From: Nitrososphaera viennensis EN76
Lineage (GTDB): Archaea; Thermoproteota; Nitrososphaeria; Nitrososphaerales; Nitrososphaeraceae
Assembly: GCF_000698785.1 (NCBI RefSeq)
Contig: NZ_CP007536.1
Span: 2,160,001 to 2,192,000, forward strand
DNA: 32,000 nt
Direction: 5' to 3'
In this document: positions 1-6,536 of the stretch, piece after piece
Position numbering within the stretch: the stretch's first letter is position 1
Layout: the number at the start of each line of letters is the position of its first letter
Position numbers and translations under genes: made by a program
Notes under the pieces: model-generated
Databases searched by the model: none
The model's input: only the letters and a program-made list of their open reading frames with translations
Told to the model about the DNA's origin: nothing

Positions 1-2
1 AG

Positions 3-210
3 TGGTGCCATTCCTGCAGGCTGGTGCCAAATTTTGATACCAGTGGTACCAGTTTTGGCACCAGGGCACGGATATGTGGTACCAGTGGTACCAAAATGAC
101 TGGTACCAGCATCAAAAAATGGCACCAGTGGTGCCAAACATGTGCAGTGGTACCACTGGTACCAACTTTCAGCAGGATGGACACTCAACCTGGTACCAGC
201 GATGGCGCCA
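3..210. repeat. Dense array of the 8-bp palindrome family TGGYRCCA: 13 copies in 208 bp, plus a 14th copy at 476-483
   Basis: Read directly. Copies start at 3, 22, 44, 56, 77, 86, 101, 120, 129, 148, 157, 191 and 203 (TGGTACCA x7, TGGTGCCA x3, TGGCACCA x2, TGGCGCCA x1). Three doublets are spaced exactly 9 bp apart (77/86, 120/129, 148/157). Confidence 0.85.
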
Positions 211-1038
211 GACAGGATCAAGTGATACGCCGATGCATAGCCTGCCAACGGTGGGAAATAACATGAAGAACCACAGTCGTGGTCATGACTTGATACGCCT
301 GACAAAGCGACACATAAGGTGTTATCAAACCCGGTTAACCCTAGCTCACCAAAATGATTGTAAAGATATTTGCCGTCGCAGAGCATTGTTCTTGCGCTTT
401 CGGACACTGCTCTAGTTCTGCCGCAGAATGGCAATAAAGCTGTGTGTACCTACAATGCAAAAAGATAGTTGCTGCTGGTGCCAGCAATTCCCCCGCATTA
501 TCCATTTTCATGTCCAATTTTCTTTAACCTTATCATACATTTTCTATCTGTCCAACTACGTTGTATGCTAAGATCCTGTCGTTTGTTTACGATTGATATT
601 TACCCTAACTCTGTGCCGTTGCTTCCCTATTTTCTATCTGCAATCCGTCTTTAAATTGTGCATTACATCCAATTTTCTATTCGCGTTATTTTTGATGGTA
701 CTGTTCCACGTGTGTTAGCTACTACAAGACAGATGCCATTTTGGAAGAATGCATTGATTCCTTTCATTTCAAGCCGATATCAGCTTCGAGCTCTCGCTGA
801 ATGTTTACCGTATTTTTTACATCATCAAGTTCCATTGCCACTGCCAACAAAATAATCATACTTCAAGAATCCGCTTTATCTGTCTTGGAAATTCATGTTC
901 TTCTTTCACCATCCTGCTCAGCTGCGAGCATAAACTCGAGTCCCTCTGCAGATGTGCATCTTGAAGCTTCAAAAGGTACAGAATGTTTTATTGTGTAAAG
1001 CTGCCTGGTAACTGTCTGCCAGAGCAGACCTTCCTCAT

Positions 1039-1587
1039 TTACCGGTTTTGAATCATCCTTCTGTCAGGACTGTTCATATTTCTTCTTCTATCGATAAAGT
1101 ACACCACAAACCCTGCCACCGTTGTTATAAATCCAATCATCAGCAAAATGGCCGAGATCGTCAGCGATTGCAGATATGGCTCGCTTGCATCAAACATTGG
1201 TGGATGGCCAAAAGCTGCTACAAACTTGACATTCTGCTCATTGCTGCCCTCTATAGTCAGCTTGTAGTTTCCAGCTTGCTTGACTGGAAAAGTACCAATA
1301 ACTGGCTGGCTCTTGGAGCCTATCCTGGTCTTGAGCACGATGCTACCGTCTGGAGCAGCGACTTGTACTCCAACTTCCTTTCCCTCCTTGAGCACTACAG
1401 CAAACATGCCGACTGTCTCTCCATTGCCAGTACCTGCAAAATATTTGGTCATGCTGAATATCTGCCCGGGTTCTAGTGATATGCCCGGCTGCTTTGATGC
1501 AAATGTGTCAGTGTACATGACCAGTAGCAACACAGCTGCAAAAACCATCGCTATTCCTGCCTTGAGCACCAGTATACCTCGGCTCAT
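1039..1587 (-). CDS. Bitopic membrane protein with a beta-rich (GOLD/emp24-like?) ectodomain; paralog of ORF 22151-22717
   Basis: 182-aa ORF with ATG start. It has N- and C-terminal hydrophobic helices. Blocks shared with the 188-aa ORF at 22151-22717: VQVAAPDGSIVL / VSVSDPDGESVL, KQAGNYKLTI / KQGNYTITI, and the C-terminal anchor AGFVVYFIDRRR / AGGAITFIDRRR. Confidence 0.75.
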   Translation of the reverse strand: MSRGILVLKAGIAMVFAAVLLLVMYTDTFASKQPGISLEPGQIFSMTKYFAGTGNGETVGMFAVVLKEGKEVGVQVAAPDGSIVLKTRIGSKSQPVIGTFPVKQAGNYKLTIEGSNEQNVKFVAAFGHPPMFDASEPYLQSLTISAILLMIGFITTVAGFVVYFIDRRRNMNSPDRRMIQNR

Positions 1588-1602
1588 ACAGCCGTATGCA
1601 TC

Positions 1603-3492
1603 GTGACTTTAAAAGGCGTAAAAATGCCCTTCAATTTTTCTGCCTTTTATGAGCACATGGCCGTTTGGCTTGTGGATGTATTCGTGACGTTACTATCAAC
1701 ATTGGTAATAGTGGTATTATTTTCCTCATCAGCTGTTGTTGATTCCGCCGCTACTACTATCATCGACAACATGCAGCAACAACCGCCACAGCAGCCGTCT
1801 GGTCCCGATCTGCCGGGCCAATTTATGTCGCTTCTATTCAAGCTCTTCAGTGACGGCGTTGCCGGCTCGTTTGCCTATCTTGTAGACAGCCTGGGCGGCG
1901 AGCATGGAATATACTTCTTTTTGGTGTACCTGCCTGTAGTACCTGATCCTTCCAGCTCTTCCTTTGTTACAAGCGGCAGTAGCAGCACAGATACAGTCGG
2001 GCTGGCAATCCAGAGCGTGTTTGCGTCGGTGCAGAACATCTCTCTTGTGTTCTATGTCTTTGTACTTACATTTGCCGGCCTGTCATATGCATTTGAGTCA
2101 ATCCGCATAATGAAGGAAGGTACCGCTTCCACCATACTGTCTGAAAGCCTGGTAACACTGGTGCTGATGTTTGTTGCTCTTCCAATCTACAACACCGCAG
2201 CTTCAATGATCAACGTAATTACAACGCCGGATTCAAACCTGATCCTGCGGCAGGGCGATATAATGGGCATAATAAAATCGACAATAAGCCCGCCGGCTGT
2301 CGACCCTGCTCAGACGGTGCTGAGCTCAATAATGTCTGTCTTTGTCTTCATTTTGGACCTTTTGGCGCTGGTTTCAATAGCAGTCTTTGGTGCCCTGCAC
2401 ATATTCTTTGTAGGTGCCCTCGTTGCCGTGCTGCCTCTGCTTCTTGTTTTGCGCCTGCTGCCGCTGACCAGAAACCCTGCCAACTCTCTGATTGAAATGC
2501 TCGTCGGGCTTGTGCTGTCAAGCCTGATGGCTGCCATATTCCTGAGGTTTGGATTTGAGGTATCTTCTCAATGGGGCGGCCTGCTGTCTACTCTGGCTGG
2601 ATTTGGCACTCTGGTGTCTGCTTCTCTGATGCCTACCGTGTTGGCGCCAAGGATTGGAAACGTGTTTTCAAGCACTGCCGGCATCGTAGCGACCGCCGCA
2701 ACCGGTGCTACTGTGATGGGTGCGTTTGCCGGAGCCGGCGCGCTAGCTTCAGGGATGTCGGTTGTGCAGGCTGCAGGTGGTCTTGGCAAGGTGTTTGGTA
2801 GTCCTTCGTCTTCTACTGATCCAATCAGCAGCAGAATCGTTGGTTATACGAGCGGCCTTCGGATAGTTGCGCCAGCAATGCTTGCAGGAGGGGCAAGGGG
2901 AGCCGGCCGTGGCCTGGCAGAGGCTGTCAAAGGGATAAGAGTTGGGCCAGATCTGATGCCTGCTGGAATCAGGGTACAGCCGGCAAGCCTGTCTTCAAAC
3001 TTGCAGACCATAAGAGAAAGGGCGCCTTACAGCACAGCTCTGTTACATCTGGAAGGAAGGACAGCAGAGCTTGCATTTACGCCAATACAAGGTGAGAGCG
3101 CAGGGCATGGGTGGAAGTTCATAGAGAAGGTTTCTAGCATGGATGAGGAAGCACTTGCTATAAAGCTTGCAGATGCTCTTGGGGAGCCTTCGCTGAAACA
3201 AAATCCGAGGCGGACAGCCGCACGCTTTAAAGAAAGTGTTGGCCAGTTTAAAACAAACCCATTACTGGCAAGCAGGGTATCTTTGAACTTGGAAAAGTTT
3301 GAACAGACAGGTCCTCCACCCAAAGAAGCTGCTGCTAGCCTCATACACAATAAAAACAAGTTCAATCAGAGGCTCAATAAGGAAAATGCGAAACTAAGGG
3401 AGCAGAAGCGTGCCAGTGAAAGAACTCTGCGGTTCACAGGTACTACGCCAGTGTCTCTGTCAAGTCTGTTCCCTGATGACGAAGTGAAGTAA
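1603..3492 (+). CDS. Large polytopic membrane protein of unknown function; the topology is reminiscent of TrbL/VirB6-type conjugation channel proteins
   Basis: 629-aa ORF with many hydrophobic segments. It has a Gly/Ala-rich stretch (ATAATGATVMGAFAGAGALASG) and a hydrophilic K/E-rich C-terminal tail of about 200 aa. The GTG start at 1603 is doubtful; ATG 1624 or 1657 is more likely. Confidence 0.8.
   Translation: MTLKGVKMPFNFSAFYEHMAVWLVDVFVTLLSTLVIVVLFSSSAVVDSAATTIIDNMQQQPPQQPSGPDLPGQFMSLLFKLFSDGVAGSFAYLVDSLGGEHGIYFFLVYLPVVPDPSSSSFVTSGSSSTDTVGLAIQSVFASVQNISLVFYVFVLTFAGLSYAFESIRIMKEGTASTILSESLVTLVLMFVALPIYNTAASMINVITTPDSNLILRQGDIMGIIKSTISPPAVDPAQTVLSSIMSVFVFILDLLALVSIAVFGALHIFFVGALVAVLPLLLVLRLLPLTRNPANSLIEMLVGLVLSSLMAAIFLRFGFEVSSQWGGLLSTLAGFGTLVSASLMPTVLAPRIGNVFSSTAGIVATAATGATVMGAFAGAGALASGMSVVQAAGGLGKVFGSPSSSTDPISSRIVGYTSGLRIVAPAMLAGGARGAGRGLAEAVKGIRVGPDLMPAGIRVQPASLSSNLQTIRERAPYSTALLHLEGRTAELAFTPIQGESAGHGWKFIEKVSSMDEEALAIKLADALGEPSLKQNPRRTAARFKESVGQFKTNPLLASRVSLNLEKFEQTGPPPKEAAASLIHNKNKFNQRLNKENAKLREQKRASERTLRFTGTTPVSLSSLFPDDEVK
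1608..1614. promoter_or_regulatory. TTTAAAA TATA-like box between divergent genes
   Basis: The core TTTAAA is palindromic. Its centre lies about 24 nt from ATG 1587 of the minus-strand gene, which is leaderless-type spacing. It lies upstream of the ATG candidates 1624 and 1657 of the plus-strand gene. Confidence 0.35.
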
Positions 3493-3540
3493 CAGACTCT
3501 GCAAGCCAAGAAATTTCCTTTGGTGAACACATGGTTTGGC

Positions 3541-4344
3541 CTAGCTTTCAGACCACTTGTCAGCTGCTATATTCTTGAAAGGGATAAAGCCTTCCTTGCC
3601 ATACAACTCTTTACCTATTATTTTCATCTCTTCTTTTACTTCTTTGCATCTTTGCTTATTCTTCGTCTTTCTGGCTTCAAAATATTCGTCGTAAAGGTCA
3701 TCAATCTTGTTGTGTAGTATGAATGCTTCTCTCTTGTATGCAAGCCATTCCTGTTTGCTCATCTCTTCCATTCTGTCTCTGCCTTGCCAGATGCGCTCAT
3801 CTTCGTGTTTTCTCCATCCGGGTACCTTGTTCCATTGCAGCGTGCTTGTTGCGATATCTACAATAACAAGAGAATTCGAATTCAAATCTTGGTTTGAGAG
3901 AGACGACGAAGAGAGATTGGCAGCAATAGGTTCACGTGCTGCTAAGTTTCTTTGGCTTGCAGCATCGATTCCAGCGTCTGCCGCTCTGGCATCATCATAT
4001 TCTTTGCCGGCGGCCACCATCATCTTGATTAGATTTAGCCAATAATCGGCAGGCTTTGCATCTTCTTTACCTTTTATTATCCAATATTTGTCCTTCAGTA
4101 TCTTTATGCTATCGTGGTCTGGGTAAGAAATTATCAACTGATCCTTCTTTACTGGAGTAACGCTTTGAATTGCATGGAGAGCAATCACTCTGACAAGACC
4201 ATGCCTGTCAGATTCAAATGCGATTCTTTTGTTGGTCAGAGTTAACGTTCCTGCGCTGCGGACCTTCCTGCCTGATTCACTGCTACTTTCCAGCACTGCT
4301 CTGCTTTGGGCTATCTGTTCTTCATCTGCATCTAAAGTGATCAT
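3541..4344 (-). CDS. PH/GRAM-like domain protein with an uncharacterised helical C-terminal domain
   Basis: 267-aa ORF. The N-terminal ~100 aa contain GTLTLTNKRIAFESDRHGLVRVIALHAIQSV, the G-x-L-x-L-T-N-x-R-(I/L)-x-F pattern of GRAM/bacterial PH domains. A Ser/Asn-rich linker follows, then a K/E-rich C-terminus. An SD-like GGGGAGGG (revcomp of 4354-4361) sits 9 nt upstream of the ATG. The gene starts 48 nt after the stop of the upstream ATPase on the same strand. Confidence 0.75.
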   Translation of the reverse strand: MITLDADEEQIAQSRAVLESSSESGRKVRSAGTLTLTNKRIAFESDRHGLVRVIALHAIQSVTPVKKDQLIISYPDHDSIKILKDKYWIIKGKEDAKPADYWLNLIKMMVAAGKEYDDARAADAGIDAASQRNLAAREPIAANLSSSSLSNQDLNSNSLVIVDIATSTLQWNKVPGWRKHEDERIWQGRDRMEEMSKQEWLAYKREAFILHNKIDDLYDEYFEARKTKNKQRCKEVKEEMKIIGKELYGKEGFIPFKNIAADKWSES

Positions 4345-4392
4345 TATCGTTTTCCCTCCCCTTTTTGTATCCTCTCCGCTCCTCTTCCATCA

Positions 4393-5576
4393 TCACGGCT
4401 GCGACCGCATTTTGAAATAGTCCCTCACAACCCTATCTGCTATGAAATACCGGCCGCCTTCCTTGTACACAAGGTCGTACTCGATAAGCTTTGTAAGCAG
4501 CCTGGGCAGGTGCGTCAGCCTTATGTCGGCATCTTTTGCAAGCTCGGAAATAGTCTTTTCTCCAGACGCAAGCGATTCAAGCACTCGCCTGTAGTTGGTG
4601 CTCTTGTAGTTTGGGAGGTCTTCGGTCACAATGTAGTTGACGTACAGGTAGAGCGCGCCCGTAGTACTGGTCAAAATGCGCCGATAGGTCTCTTTGACAG
4701 ACTCTCCTTCCGTCTGCGCCTCTGCAAGCATTACGAGGTAGAACGGGTGGCCATCAACGAGCGCATACGCGTCCTCGCAGTCTTGCGCAGTGGCACGAGG
4801 GTTTGACTTCAAGAAAAGATCTACTGCATATTCCTTTGCAAGAGGTTTAACCTCGATGATGGCAAAGTGGCCAAAGAGGGGGCTACCACCTTCTCCCAGG
4901 ATGTTGCGCAGGTAGTGTATCCGTGAGCCGCTCACTATGAAGGAGACGTTCTTCCTCCGCTCAAGGACGGCGCGCAGAAAGTCAAGGATGTTTTCGAGGC
5001 CGTCGTACTTGACGTACTCTGTCACATGTTGGAACTCGTCTATCATTATTACGACTCTTCTCTTGGAAGCTTCGGAGATGCGGTTTGCATATTCAAAAAA
5101 GTTGTCAAGGGCACGGTCATACTTGCTGTCCCTATCTTTTATGTAGGGGTCGATCTCTATCGCTGGCTGCCCCGTGCTGTCCAACTTCGCCAGGAACCGG
5201 GCGCGCAGACGCCTTATCTCTGCAAGCTGCCCAAGCGAGCTTGTTATCTTGGACAGGAGTTGTGATGCTTTTGGCAGGCCCTTTGCATATGCCCTTGTCA
5301 GTTTTTCTGTCAACACTTCTGCAAGCTCTACCGGTGAGTAGCGGTACTCGCCAAGGTCGACGTACACCGGGATGCAGCAGCCTGCGGCATGGTTTCCTTT
5401 TTCAAGCTCCCGCTTGACCTTGTGCAGTATGGTGGATTTGCCTATCCTTCTGTGGCCTATGAGGGCAAAGTTTGCGTTTGCTTTCTTGTCAGTCATGGCT
5501 TTTAGAATCCTTCCTACTTCGCTCTCTCGGTCGATTACGTCTTCAGGCGGCTTGCCTATCATCATGTGATATGTCA
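4393..5576 (-). CDS. Archaeal ATPase (ATPase_2/Arch_ATPase-like P-loop NTPase) with a C-terminal winged-helix domain
   Basis: Walker A is ALIGHRRIGKSTIL and Walker B-like is RVVIMIDEFQH. The C-terminus looks like a wHTH (TISELAKDADIRLTHLPRLLTKLIEYDLVYKEGGRYFI). The ORF track extends to 5616, but that extension (MSINIYVSLHICS) runs through AT-rich palindromes. ATG 5576 (MTYHMMIGKPPEDV) lies about 25 nt from the CATATATG box at 5598-5605. Confidence 0.85.
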
Positions 5577-5581
5577 TCGAG

Positions 5582-5605
5582 CATATATGTAGGCTGACAT
5601 ATATG
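5582..5605 (-). promoter_or_regulatory. Two copies of the palindromic TATA-like octamer CATATATG upstream of the ATPase gene
   Basis: CATATATG occurs at 5582-5589 and 5598-5605. ATATGTCA/TGACATAT inverted repeats flank them (5569-5576, 5596-5603, 5611-5618). A 7-bp stem AATCTCC/GGAGATT lies at 5628-5648. Confidence 0.35.
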
Positions 5606-5765
5606 TTTATTGACATATTGTTCTTTCAATCTCCGCTGCTTGGAGATTCGAGTCGACGTACAATGGCAGTTTGATTTGTCGTATTAGATGTGTTGTATGA
5701 CTCTGGGTAAGACAAGAAACCCTATAACCTGCCATCATTAGACGATCTATAGCAAGAAAACCGGC

Positions 5766-6536
5766 ATGCGGTTGTTGATTAGACTCAGGTGCGTGGAGGA
5801 CGGTCCGTATGAAATGCAGTATCATTACCATTTGCAGGGATTTATCTACAGTCTGCTGAAGGGCAGTAAATACGACTATGTGCACGACAAGGAGGGGTAC
5901 AAGTTCTTTTGTTTTTCAAACGTGTTCCCTGCATATGACCTGAAGAAGGGCGACATCCGCACCTTGGTAGTGTCGTCGCCAAGCGCCGGGTTCGTTTCAC
6001 ATCTCCGCGACGCATTGAGGCCCGTGGATGGCGTAAAACTGGGGTGCATGAGGTTCCAGATCGACTATGCCCGTGAGCTGGACGTTAAGCTTCCCGATGC
6101 CCCTTTTACAATTATCACCGGCACTCCTATCGTTATGAGGATCCCGCGGGAGATGTACCGAGCGCAGGGCGTGGAGCCTAAAGGCCAGTACGAATACGTC
6201 TATTGGCGGAGCGACCACCCAATCGACCTCATTATGTCCCAGCTTGAGGCCAACTTGGCGAAAAAATACGCCCAGTACTTTGGGCTGGCCGCCGCCCCTG
6301 GTCATCCTGAAAGTGGTAGTCGCCATCTGCTGCCTGTCGGCCTCTTCCAAAAGTTCAAATTCAAAAAGCAGATCTCTACTCGGGTATTGATGAAGGGCTC
6401 CGATCATGTGGTGATAGGGACGGTGTGGGAATTTGAGTTTGGCAGAGACGCCAACAGAGACATGGTGCGGTTCGCTCTTGACGCCGGCTTGGGTGAGCGT
6501 AATTCTCTAGGATTTGGGTTCCTGAACGTTAGATGA
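5766..6536 (+). CDS. cas6: Cas6 endoribonuclease, Pyrococcus furiosus Cas6-like, stand-alone and outside the effector operon
   Basis: 256 aa. The N-terminus MRLLIRLRCVEDGPYEMQYHYHLQGFIYSLL resembles Pfu Cas6 MRFLIRL...YNHQYYLQGLIYNAI. The C-terminal glycine-rich loop GLGERNSLGFGFLNV resembles Pfu GFGEKNSLGFGMVKV. Confidence 0.9.
   Translation: MRLLIRLRCVEDGPYEMQYHYHLQGFIYSLLKGSKYDYVHDKEGYKFFCFSNVFPAYDLKKGDIRTLVVSSPSAGFVSHLRDALRPVDGVKLGCMRFQIDYARELDVKLPDAPFTIITGTPIVMRIPREMYRAQGVEPKGQYEYVYWRSDHPIDLIMSQLEANLAKKYAQYFGLAAAPGHPESGSRHLLPVGLFQKFKFKKQISTRVLMKGSDHVVIGTVWEFEFGRDANRDMVRFALDAGLGERNSLGFGFLNVR

Noticed and set aside
1-415. ORFs 24-266 (+), 74-415 (+) and an unlisted edge-truncated minus-strand ORF from ATG 386 to position 1.
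   Set aside because: At least four of six frames are open only because the TGGYRCCA repeats contain no stop codons. The translations (WYQWYQ, GTSGT, VPLVP strings) are frame-shifted images of the same DNA motif. I cannot support any of them as coding, although a gene running off the edge cannot be excluded.
660-1000. Short minus-strand peptides (e.g. MVKEEHEFPRQIKRILEV and MIILLAVAMELDDVKNTVNIQRELEADIGLK) that might be pieces of a frameshifted gene.
   Set aside because: I recognise no family motif. The pieces are 18-31 aa and separated by several stops and frame changes, so there is not enough evidence to call a pseudogene.
5577-5616. N-terminal extension of the ATPase ORF (MSINIYVSLHICS...).
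   Set aside because: The extension is encoded by nested AT-rich palindromes that look like promoter or operator DNA. ATG 5576 has proper TATA spacing, so I shortened the gene model.
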